The position numbers and the translations under genes were made by a program. DNA of 41,856 bases from Candidatus Omnitrophota bacterium. Its GTDB lineage: Bacteria > Omnitrophota > Gorgyraeia > 2-01-FULL-45-10. The stretch covers positions 1 through 41,856 of the forward strand of contig JAFGRN010000014.1 of assembly GCA_016935115.1 (NCBI GenBank), read 5' to 3'. Positions 27,415-35,731 of the stretch are shown here, piece after piece (positions within the stretch are counted from its first letter, which is position 1; each line of letters begins with the position of its first letter). The notes beneath the pieces are model-generated. The model did not search any database and was not told the DNA's origin. It worked only from the letters and a program-made list of their open reading frames with translations.

Positions 27415-27945
27415 ATGCTTGAGATAGACCTTTTACTGTTATTTATGATAGCTTCCGCCATTATCGCGGTGCAGGTCAAGGACCTGCTTTCAAGCGTGAT
27501 AGCGGTAGGCGCCGTGGGCATAGGATTATCCATGTCATTCCTTATCATGAAAGCGCCCGACCTGGCCATAATGCAGCTGGTAGTTGAGGTCCTGAGCCTT
27601 ATAATACTTATCCGCGCTACGATAAGGAAAGACCTGCCTTTCAGCGCTTCCGGCAGATGGGCCTTCAATACGTTTTCCATGATACTCTTTCTGGCCGTAT
27701 TCCTCGTATTTGCGTATTTTTCTTTCAGCGATATGCACAGGTTCGGCGCCCCGCTCATGAAAGTATCGCAGGAATATCTGGGAGAGGCCATGGCGAAGAC
27801 AGGGGCACATAATGTCATCGCGGCGATAACGCTTAAATATCGTTCCATCGATACGCTGGGGGAAGTGGCGGCGTTATTTGCCGCTGTTGTAGGGGTACTA
27901 GCTATCGCGCGTAAAGTATCGCGTCCGGGAGGGATCAGGAAATGA
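27415..27945 (+). CDS. Mrp/Mbh subunit (DUF4040 + MbhE-like, corresponds to MrpA C-terminus)
   Basis: APDLAIMQLVVE; NVIAAI...YRSIDTLGE. Confidence 0.85.
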   Translation: MLEIDLLLLFMIASAIIAVQVKDLLSSVIAVGAVGIGLSMSFLIMKAPDLAIMQLVVEVLSLIILIRATIRKDLPFSASGRWAFNTFSMILFLAVFLVFAYFSFSDMHRFGAPLMKVSQEYLGEAMAKTGAHNVIAAITLKYRSIDTLGEVAALFAAVVGVLAIARKVSRPGGIRK

Positions 27946-28346
27946 GCCGCGCCGGGAACAAAGGCATGACTTTGATAGTCAAGACCGTGACCAGGATCAC
28001 CCTCGGTTTTATACTCCTCTACGGTATTTATATAGCCCTTAACGGTGAGACCGCCCCTGGCGGGGGGTTTGCCGGAGGCGTGATAGTAGCGCTTGCCCTT
28101 GTCCATGTCATGCTGGCTTTCGGCAGGGACGTATCGCTGAAATGGCTGCATGTTGGCGGCCTGCGCGCGGCGGTATCTATAGCGGCCTTGATATTTTTAT
28201 TAGCCGCCTGGCCAAGAGGCCAGAGGATCATATTTGGCAATGATATTATATTGCCGGTCTGCGAGATGGTCATAGTAGGCGCCGGCCTATTCGCGATATT
28301 CGTGGCGCTTGTCCTGGTATCGAAAGCGGATAAGGAAGCGGAATAA
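27942..28346 (+). CDS. MnhB/MrpB (MbhF)-like subunit
   Basis: G..APGGGFAGG motif, TM helices. Confidence 0.85.
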   Translation: MSRAGNKGMTLIVKTVTRITLGFILLYGIYIALNGETAPGGGFAGGVIVALALVHVMLAFGRDVSLKWLHVGGLRAAVSIAALIFLLAAWPRGQRIIFGNDIILPVCEMVIVGAGLFAIFVALVLVSKADKEAE

Positions 28347-28357
28347 AGGATTAGAAT

Positions 28358-28696
28358 ATGGTGACTTATTTATTGTGCCTGGTGTTATTCTCCGTCGGAC
28401 TGTATTGTGTTGTAAGGAAGAGGAATATTATAAAGATAATAATAGGCATAGGCATAATGGAGTATGCCATCAACCTTTTCTTTATTCTGATAGGCTACCG
28501 CTCCAATGGCCGCGCTCCGATATTCGCCGATGACCAGGCAGTCGTGAACATGGTCGATCCGCTGCCGCAGGCCATGGCGCTTACCGCGATAGTGATAAGC
28601 CTCGCCGTGACCATGATGCTTGTGGCCCTTGCTATCAGGATTTACGAGAAGTACGGCACATTCGATATAACGAAGATAAACAGGCTGAAGGGGTAG
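28358..28696 (+). CDS. MnhC/MrpC (MbhG)-like subunit
   Basis: NIIKIIIG, DPLPQAMALTAIVI. Confidence 0.92.
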   Translation: MVTYLLCLVLFSVGLYCVVRKRNIIKIIIGIGIMEYAINLFFILIGYRSNGRAPIFADDQAVVNMVDPLPQAMALTAIVISLAVTMMLVALAIRIYEKYGTFDITKINRLKG

Positions 28697-28701
28697 GGTT
28701 G

Positions 28702-30192
28702 ATGCATCTTTTTCTTATAATACCGCTTGCCGCCGCTTTCATGATGGCGATTTTAGCCAGAACCGGCGACTGTGTCCGGGACATTATTTCCGGACTTGCG
28801 GCGATATCGCTTGCCGTTTTTTCGGTATTAACACTGATGGCGGCTAATTTCTTTCACAGCGCCGTGATCGTCAAGTCTTTTGCGGGTTTTATGCCGCCGG
28901 CAGGGACGGCATTCGTGGTGGACGGCCTTTCAGCCTTCATGCTGGTGACCGTGAATACAGTCGCGTTATTTGTCGTATTATATTCCGCCGGCTACATGAA
29001 TAAATATACGGATAAGTGGAAGTTCCAGTCATTATTCTTCCTGATGATCTCCGGCATAAACGGTGTCCTGGTAGCTTCGGACATGTTCAATCTGTATGTT
29101 TTCCTGGAGATCGCGGCTATATCGGCGTACTTTCTCGTCGCGTTCGGTACGGAGGCCGAGGAACTCGAAGCGTCGTTCAAATACGCTGTCATGGGCACGG
29201 TTGCGTCAGCTTTTATACTGCTCGGCATAGCGTTTTTGTACAGCCACACGTCTACTCTCAGCCTTGCAGGCATCGCGCAGGCAATTGCCGCCGCGCCTTC
29301 AGCGCGTATTGTGCAGTTTGTCAGCGTGCTTTTCCTTATGGGATTCGCGCTCAAGGCGGCGCTGGTGCCATTCCACGCGTGGCTGGCATATGCGCATTCA
29401 TCCGCTCCCGCGCCTATATCGGCGATGCTCTCAGGGGTACTCATAAAAGTGCTCGGCATATACGCAATAGCCAGAATATTTTTCAGTGTTTTCGGGGCAA
29501 GCGCCGGCATATGCCAGATACTTATAGCTCTGGGCGTCCTGTCCATGATAGCCGGTGGCGTCCTGGCTTTCGGCCAATCTGACATAAAGAGGCTTTTTGC
29601 TTATTCGACCGTGAGCCAGATAGGATACGTGGCCCTGGCGCTCGGAGTGGCTACGCCGCTGGCTTTTTTCGGGGCGGTATTCCACCTCTTCAATCATAGC
29701 ATAGTAAAGTCGCTGCTCTTCCTTAATTCCGGGTCGATAGAACAGATGTTTCGCACAAGAGACCTTAGCAAGATTTCCGGTGTGGTGGCGGGCGCTCCCG
29801 TTACAGGTTATACGAGTATCATGGGGGCCATGTCTATAAGCGGCGTTCCGCCGTTCGGAGGATTCTGGTCGAAACTGATAATCATCTTTGCCTGCTTACA
29901 GGCTGGCCATCCGGTACTCGCGGCGATCGCCGTATTGGTAAGCGTAATGACCATGGCGTATTACTTTGCCGCAATGACTCCGGCGCTGTTCGGCGCAGGG
30001 ATAAACAGTTTTAATGCCGTGAAGAAGGTGCATGGCATCATGAATGTGTCTGTAATGGCGCTAGCGGTTTTAGCTCTGGCTGCGCCGCTGGCGCTTCTGC
30101 CGGAAATGAGGCAGAGGCTGATCGATGGCGCTGTCCAGGCGCTGGTGAACGGCAGTGCCTATGCAGCCACGGTTTTGGGGGCGATCAAATGA
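28702..30192 (+). CDS. MnhD/MrpD (MbhH)-like antiporter subunit
   Basis: DMFNLYVFLEI, EASFKY, KAALVPFHAWL, AYSTVSQIGY, PPFGGFWSK; alternative TTG start at 28699. Confidence 0.92.
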   Translation: MHLFLIIPLAAAFMMAILARTGDCVRDIISGLAAISLAVFSVLTLMAANFFHSAVIVKSFAGFMPPAGTAFVVDGLSAFMLVTVNTVALFVVLYSAGYMNKYTDKWKFQSLFFLMISGINGVLVASDMFNLYVFLEIAAISAYFLVAFGTEAEELEASFKYAVMGTVASAFILLGIAFLYSHTSTLSLAGIAQAIAAAPSARIVQFVSVLFLMGFALKAALVPFHAWLAYAHSSAPAPISAMLSGVLIKVLGIYAIARIFFSVFGASAGICQILIALGVLSMIAGGVLAFGQSDIKRLFAYSTVSQIGYVALALGVATPLAFFGAVFHLFNHSIVKSLLFLNSGSIEQMFRTRDLSKISGVVAGAPVTGYTSIMGAMSISGVPPFGGFWSKLIIIFACLQAGHPVLAAIAVLVSVMTMAYYFAAMTPALFGAGINSFNAVKKVHGIMNVSVMALAVLALAAPLALLPEMRQRLIDGAVQALVNGSAYAATVLGAIK

Positions 30193-30683
30193 TAAAGAAT
30201 GTTATCATGTTCATGATATGGTACATGGTCTGGATATTCCTGTCATGGCCGCCCGAACCAAAAGATATTATTGTGGGAGCGGTTGTTTCGTTGTTTGTGA
30301 TTCTTATGACGGCAGACATGATGGATCGCTGCGACTCGAAAGCGGATATCATCCGGTTGCCTGTGCGTCTCGCATGGTTCGCATGTTACGCGCTTGTCTT
30401 CATATGGGAATGTTTGAAAGCAAATGTCGATGTAGCTTACAGGGTCATACGTCCGGACCTTCCCATAAGGCCGGGCACCATAAAGGTGAAGGTTGATCTG
30501 AAGTCCGACGCGGGCCTGACATTCCTGGCAAATTCCGTTACGCTTACGCCCGGCACTACGACCGTTGACCTGGATGCCGGAAAGGGCTTTCTTTATGTGC
30601 ACATGCTGGTATTGAAGCGGGATGGGCGCTCGATCAAAGCCATAGGCAGATTCCAGAAAATATTAAAGAGGATATTCGAATAA
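30189..30683 (+). CDS. MnhE/MrpE (MbhA)-like subunit
   Basis: ANVDVA, IRPG, LANSVTLTPGT, LYVH. Confidence 0.92.
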   Translation: MIKNVIMFMIWYMVWIFLSWPPEPKDIIVGAVVSLFVILMTADMMDRCDSKADIIRLPVRLAWFACYALVFIWECLKANVDVAYRVIRPDLPIRPGTIKVKVDLKSDAGLTFLANSVTLTPGTTTVDLDAGKGFLYVHMLVLKRDGRSIKAIGRFQKILKRIFE

Positions 30684-30687
30684 TACC

Positions 30688-31047
30688 ATGAAGAGGATGC
30701 GTTATTTCACAGGCTTGGCCGTAATAATAATAATAGCGGCAGTAATTCTTTATTGCCCGGCCAGATCGATCATAAGATGGCAGTCCGAATTCCTGGGGCG
30801 GGCGTTCCTCTTCCTGCTCCTGTCCGCGTCAATGTGCCTGTACAGGGTGCTGCGCGGCCCGACAGCCCCAGACAGGGCGGTTGCCATAGATATGCTGGGG
30901 ATTCTCATAGTGGGATTCTGCGCCATTCTTTGTATTCCGACGGGAAGGGACTGGTATATTGATATAGGCATAGCCTGGGCGCTGCAGAGTTTTATAGGCA
31001 TAATGGCGCTGGCCAAGTACCTGGAAGGGAAGGATTTTGATGAATGA
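30688..31047 (+). CDS. MnhF/MrpF (MbhB)-like subunit
   Basis: RVLRGPTAPDRAVAID, FIG..ALAKYL. Confidence 0.9.
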   Translation: MKRMRYFTGLAVIIIIAAVILYCPARSIIRWQSEFLGRAFLFLLLSASMCLYRVLRGPTAPDRAVAIDMLGILIVGFCAILCIPTGRDWYIDIGIAWALQSFIGIMALAKYLEGKDFDE

Positions 31048-31375
31048 GACCATAGGAATGGTGCTGGTTGTGACAGGGCTGGTGTTTGATTTTTTCGGAT
31101 GCCTGGGGCTTGTGCGGTTTCCCGATGTGTATAACCGCCTGCAGGCATCGGCTAAATGTATTACGCTCGGCACCTGCGGCATACTCCTGGGGCTTATCTG
31201 TTTTAAGGGGTTCGGCGCCACAAGTGTAAAAGCGTTCCTATGCCTGGTTTTTATAATATTGACCGCTCCCGTATCTGCGCACGCGCTTGCGCGGGCCGCC
31301 TACCGTTCAGGTGTCAAGCCCTGGTCCGGAACAGTCGAGGATGAATATAGTAAAGATATGGATGGCATAAAATGA
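31040..31375 (+). CDS. MnhG/MrpG (MbhC)-like subunit
   Basis: GLVRFPDVYNRLQA..K..TLG, TAPVSAHALARA. Confidence 0.92.
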   Translation: MNETIGMVLVVTGLVFDFFGCLGLVRFPDVYNRLQASAKCITLGTCGILLGLICFKGFGATSVKAFLCLVFIILTAPVSAHALARAAYRSGVKPWSGTVEDEYSKDMDGIK

Positions 31376-31989
31376 GATATCCTAAGCTGAGAGAACTTAA
31401 GGAAGCGGTGATTGCCCTTATAAAGGGGCCGTATACCGAAGCTTATCCGCGTAAGCCGATCCAGAGCCCCAAGAGGTTCCGCGGCAAACCGGAATATTCC
31501 GATGAGGGCTGTATAGGCTGTACCGCCTGCGCCCTGGTATGCCCGGCCAGGGCCATAGAATTCCGCGATACAGTCGAGAACGGTAAAGCGACGAGGAAGA
31601 TGATATTGCATCTGGATGAATGCCATTACTGCGGGCAGTGCAGCGCTCTCTGCACCACGCGCGAAGATACTCCGCCCGGGATCAGGCATACGGCGGAATT
31701 TGATCTTGCGGGCTTCGACCGCGCCTCGATGGTGTCGGCTACGGAGGAGAAAGAGCTCGTGCTTTGCGAGATATGCGGAGATATTATCACCACGAAGGCG
31801 CATCTTGCGTGGATCGCGAAGAAACTCGGGTCGCTGGCATTCTCGAATCCCACGCTCTTCATGTCGAGCCTTAAGGGGATGGGATTTGCCGAAAACGTCC
31901 TCCAGGCAGCCAAAGATTATGTCTTAAGGCCTGACAGGATAAAGATACTCTGCTCCAAATGCAGAAGAAAAGCGACCATTGAGCGATAA
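31372..31989 (+). CDS. NuoI/HycF/MbhN-like [4Fe-4S] subunit with extra C-terminal Cys pairs
   Basis: PYT..YP, RFRGKP, CIGCTACALVCP, CHYCGQCSALC, CEICG...CSKC. Confidence 0.88.
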   Translation: MRYPKLRELKEAVIALIKGPYTEAYPRKPIQSPKRFRGKPEYSDEGCIGCTACALVCPARAIEFRDTVENGKATRKMILHLDECHYCGQCSALCTTREDTPPGIRHTAEFDLAGFDRASMVSATEEKELVLCEICGDIITTKAHLAWIAKKLGSLAFSNPTLFMSSLKGMGFAENVLQAAKDYVLRPDRIKILCSKCRRKATIER

Positions 31990-32473
31990 TAGCGTCAGAT
32001 CGGGCGATCTAGCCGCGGAGATAAAGAAGAGGGTAAGGGGCAAGGTCACGATATCCGCCATCGGCAACATAATGAGGGGCGATGACGGCCTCGGCCCGAA
32101 ACTGATAGAGATGCTGAAGGCCCGCAATGTGAAGGCGGGCCTTTTTGATTGCGGAACGGCCCCGGAGAATTATATCTTTCCAATGCTCACGACGCTGTGC
32201 GATACTCTCATCCTCGTGGACGCGGCGGACATGGCCATAGAGCCGGGGCTCGCCAGGGTGCTTAATGTCGATGATATAGCGAATGTCAGCTTCTCCACGC
32301 ACTGCCCGTCGCCGCGGCTCTTCATAGACCTGCTGAAGACTGGAAACGAAAACCTCAATGTCTTCGTCATATCCGTACAACCCAAAGATACCTCTCTCGG
32401 GATCCCATTGAGCGCGGAGGTCCTCAAAGGGCTCGAAACCCTCGCGGACGCGCTCACAGAAGCGCTTGCCTGA
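31979..32473 (+). CDS. hycI: Hydrogenase maturation endopeptidase
   Basis: IGNIMRGDDGLGP, GTAPEN, LVDAAD, STH. Confidence 0.88.
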   Translation: MSDNSVRSGDLAAEIKKRVRGKVTISAIGNIMRGDDGLGPKLIEMLKARNVKAGLFDCGTAPENYIFPMLTTLCDTLILVDAADMAIEPGLARVLNVDDIANVSFSTHCPSPRLFIDLLKTGNENLNVFVISVQPKDTSLGIPLSAEVLKGLETLADALTEALA

Positions 32474-32475
32474 TA

Positions 32476-32720
32476 GGGATTTTTCAGCTATCAGCTTCAG
32501 GTGGAAGTGACCAAAGCGATCCACCTGGAGCGACTGTCGTAAAAATGCGATACCTATAGGCGATATACCGGGACAAGGAAACTGCTCCATGGCTTATGTG
32601 TATGCAGGTTCATTGGCCATCGCATTTTTACCACAGCGAATTTACATGCCTAATGTAAATTCGCGGCAAGCGAAAGGTGGTCGCTTGGTCACATCTGTAG
32701 GGATGGGACCGAAAAATCCC
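32476..32720. repeat. Structured palindromic intergenic element, copy C
   Basis: GGGATTTTTC/GAAAAATCCC ends; stems 32539-32551/32619-32631 and 32636-32647/32653-32664; motifs shared with 35495-35605. Confidence 0.8.
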
Positions 32721-32773
32721 GAAAAGGGACGTTTTAGCTTGAATTTACGCGTGATATTATACATAATTGAAAT

Positions 32774-34171
32774 ATGCTGAGCGCGACTATAGAAGAGATC
32801 AAGGATCCGCCGGAACCGCAGGAGATATTCCGTTCGATGCACGATCGCGCCTGCGGCTTCTTCCTGGATAGCGCATGTGATCCGGAAAAACTGGGGCGCT
32901 ATTCGTTGATGGGATGCGACCCGTTCCTGGTATTCAGGTCCAAGGGTGATGCCATCATGTTGGAACGCCCCGGCCGCCCGACGGAGAAATTGACGGGCAA
33001 TCCTTTCCTTGTATTAAAAAAACTGCTGAAAAAATACCCCGCAAGGCCTGTAAAGGAGATTCCTTTTGCCGGAGGCGCCGTTGGATATTTCTCCTACGAC
33101 CTGAAGAACTTCATAGAGGACCTGCCGGACCGCCCGCCGGATGACCTTAAGATTCCGGATTGCATCCTGGGGTTTTATGATTCGGTCGTTATATACGACA
33201 ACCTTAAGAAGAGGTGTTATATTTCGGACATGGGAATAACCGGAGGGGCTTCGAAGCGTCTGGCGAAACTTATCCGGGCCGCTTCGCGTAAAGGGACAGG
33301 CCCGGAGGATTTTAATCCGCCCAGGAACGTGAGGTCAAATTTCTCGAAACGTTCATATATGGCCGCCGTCGAAAGGGCAAAAGATTATATCCGGAAGGGC
33401 GATATATATCAGGTCAATCTTTCCCAAAGATTTAAAGCCGTTCTCGCCTGCGGGGCATTCGGCCTTTATATGCGGCTGAGGGAATGTTCTCCGGCGCCGT
33501 TTGCTTCATATCTAAATTTCGGACAGGTGAAGATATTAAGCTCATCGCCGGAACGTTTTCTCTTTAAGAGGGGCGGCTATATCGAGACCCGGCCCATAAA
33601 AGGGACCAGGCCGCGCGGCGCCGATAAGGTTTCAGACGCGGCTATGGAAGCGGAACTGAAAGCCAGCCGGAAGGACATGGCCGAGCATATCATGATAGTG
33701 GACCTGGAGCGCAATGACCTGGGCAGAATATGCCGCTACGGCTCCGTCGGAGTGGATGAATCGGCGGTCATAGAGAAGTATGCAAATGTCTTTCATATGG
33801 TTTCAACGGTCTCCGGCACCCTGAAAGACGGAGTCGATCCCGTCGACTGCCTTTTGGCGGCTTTCCCGGGAGGGTCGATAACGGGAGCGCCCAAAATCCG
33901 GTCGATGGAGATTATCGAGGAGCTTGAAAATGTGAAGAGGTCCGTATATACAGGAGCCATAGGGTATATAGGTTTCGATGGCAATATGGATACTTCCATA
34001 GTGATTAGAACCTTACTGGTTAAAGAAAGAGACGCGTATTTCCAGGTGGGCGGGGGCATAGTTGCCGATTCCGATCCCGAAAAAGAGTATGATGAGACCC
34101 TGCATAAAGCCGCCGGGCTCATTGACGCGCTCGGCCTTGAATCGAAGAATAAGGAGCCGATCCCGGCATGA
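32774..34171 (+). CDS. pabB: Aminodeoxychorismate synthase component I
   Basis: FFLDS, GRYS, GDIYQVNLSQ, SSPERF, PIKGT, IVDLERNDL, FPGGSITGAPK. Confidence 0.93.
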   Translation: MLSATIEEIKDPPEPQEIFRSMHDRACGFFLDSACDPEKLGRYSLMGCDPFLVFRSKGDAIMLERPGRPTEKLTGNPFLVLKKLLKKYPARPVKEIPFAGGAVGYFSYDLKNFIEDLPDRPPDDLKIPDCILGFYDSVVIYDNLKKRCYISDMGITGGASKRLAKLIRAASRKGTGPEDFNPPRNVRSNFSKRSYMAAVERAKDYIRKGDIYQVNLSQRFKAVLACGAFGLYMRLRECSPAPFASYLNFGQVKILSSSPERFLFKRGGYIETRPIKGTRPRGADKVSDAAMEAELKASRKDMAEHIMIVDLERNDLGRICRYGSVGVDESAVIEKYANVFHMVSTVSGTLKDGVDPVDCLLAAFPGGSITGAPKIRSMEIIEELENVKRSVYTGAIGYIGFDGNMDTSIVIRTLLVKERDAYFQVGGGIVADSDPEKEYDETLHKAAGLIDALGLESKNKEPIPA

Positions 34172-35019
34172 ACAAAGTCTGGCTGAATAAGAAGATAATT
34201 GACGCTGAAAGCGCTTGCATACCGATATCGGACAGGGGTTTCATGTACGGTGACGGCGTGTTTGAGACAATGCGTTCTTATTCCGGAATGGTTTTTAAGA
34301 TAGACGCCCATCTTGACAGGTTGTTCAATTCCCTTAAAGTGGCGAAATTTTCCAGTCCTTACGCAAAAGATTATCTGAAGCGGGAAATATACAGGCTGCT
34401 TGACGCCAATCGCCTTAAAGAAGCGTATATCCGCCTAATGATAACCAGGGGCGAGGGGCGATTCGGGATGGAACATAAGGATAGATTTATTCCTAATACC
34501 GTGATAGTCGTAAAAGAGTTCCACAGCTACCCGGCGCGCGTGTACGCTAAGGGTATAACGGCCGGAGTGGTCGATATAAGGCAGAATGAGCTATCACCGG
34601 TTTCGGGGATCAAATCCTTGAACTTCATTAATTACATCCTGGCGAGGTTTGAGGCGAAAGAGAAAGGTTATGACGAGGCCATTCTCGCGAATTCCAGGGG
34701 GCATATTGCCGAGGCGACCACGAGCAATATATTCATGGTGAAGGGAATGGGGCTTATAACACCATCCCCCGATAGCGGTATCCTGCCCGGCATTACAAGG
34801 ATGGTCGTGATGCAGCTGGCCAGGCGCCGCGGGATATTCGTCAAAGAGATGGCCGTTACCAGGCGCGAGCTATATAATTCAGATGAGATATTTCTCACCA
34901 ATTCACTCTCCGAGGTCCTGCCGGTAGTTGCCGTTGACGGGAAGAGGATAGGCCGCGGCGTTCCCGGAGAAACAACCCGGCTCCTTCACAGCCTCTACCG
35001 CAAAGAAACCTCCCGATAG
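34168..35019 (+). CDS. Class IV PLP enzyme, probable aminodeoxychorismate lyase (PabC/IlvE/Dat family)
   Basis: DRGFMYGDGVFET, HLDRL, IKSLN, E...SNIF, ILPGITR, FLTNS; overlaps pabB stop. Confidence 0.85.
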   Translation: MNKVWLNKKIIDAESACIPISDRGFMYGDGVFETMRSYSGMVFKIDAHLDRLFNSLKVAKFSSPYAKDYLKREIYRLLDANRLKEAYIRLMITRGEGRFGMEHKDRFIPNTVIVVKEFHSYPARVYAKGITAGVVDIRQNELSPVSGIKSLNFINYILARFEAKEKGYDEAILANSRGHIAEATTSNIFMVKGMGLITPSPDSGILPGITRMVVMQLARRRGIFVKEMAVTRRELYNSDEIFLTNSLSEVLPVVAVDGKRIGRGVPGETTRLLHSLYRKETSR

Positions 35020-35031
35020 AGATATAATTTG

Positions 35032-35663
35032 TAGCAAAAATATCCCCTGTGCCCCCGCTCCAGTTAAGCCATAATCCAAAGTTATGTTCGCACCGGGTAT
35101 CTTCCGGCACAGGGGGTGAAGTATATTACAAAGCGACCACCTTCCCATAGTCAGCCCTTACAGCCCGGGTGCATCGCGGGGACGTGGAAATTCCCCTGCG
35201 AGGAATTTCCACTCGGAAAGGTCGCTCGCTCTCCCGCCAAATAGGCCGGATGTCAAGCAGAGTATTTTAATATGTATTTGGCGGGATCCATGCCACGCCC
35301 TACGACTTTCGACGCCCCGCTCAACACCCGGGCTGTAAGGGCACTAATGATAAGCTCCAGGTGAGTCGCTTTGTAACACTTTCCCTGTATGCCGGAAGAT
35401 ACCCGTTACTCTCTCCCTGAAGCAAAAATATCGTATGGGGTGTCCCCAAATGGACCGTCCCCTGTTGCGGGGTGGCAGAACTTTTGGCACCTTGCTGGAG
35501 CGAATCTCTAAAATTTCGATACCTATAGGCGCTACAGACTTTATCATCGAAATTTTAGCGACAGCGAACGAGGAAGCCTATTGACGAGTGAGCGGCGAGC
35601 GAAAGCAAGTGCCAAAAGTAAATGCCACCACTGAGGGGATGGGGGCCCGGGGGATATTTTTGC
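35032..35663. repeat. Large composite palindromic element, copy B, with nested inverted repeats
   Basis: GCAAAAATATCCCC (35034-35047)/GGGGATATTTTTGC (35650-35663) enclosing two rods, 35094-35405 and 35457-35640. Confidence 0.88.
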
Positions 35664-35674
35664 CCTGATAGCAT

Positions 35675-35704
35675 TTGACCTTAATAGCATATATATGATA
35701 CAAT
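35675..35704 (+). promoter_or_regulatory. Sigma70 promoter of the LPS sugar operon
   Basis: TTGACC-N18-TACAAT with TG extension; SD AAGGA before ATG 35732. Confidence 0.65.
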
Positions 35705-35731
35705 AGCGCCCGAATTTCGAAAGGAAAAATT

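Noticed and set aside
22577-31989. Respiratory complex I (nuo) or a Ni-less Mbx/Ehr complex
   Set aside because: The large subunit keeps both Ni-binding CxxC motifs and a cleavable tail, and hyp genes and hycI are adjacent
35020-35731. CRISPR array or small coding genes (35344-35547 ORF) in the long intergenic region
   Set aside because: Repeats are nested and inverted, not regularly spaced direct repeats; no cas genes; the ORF has no coding signature
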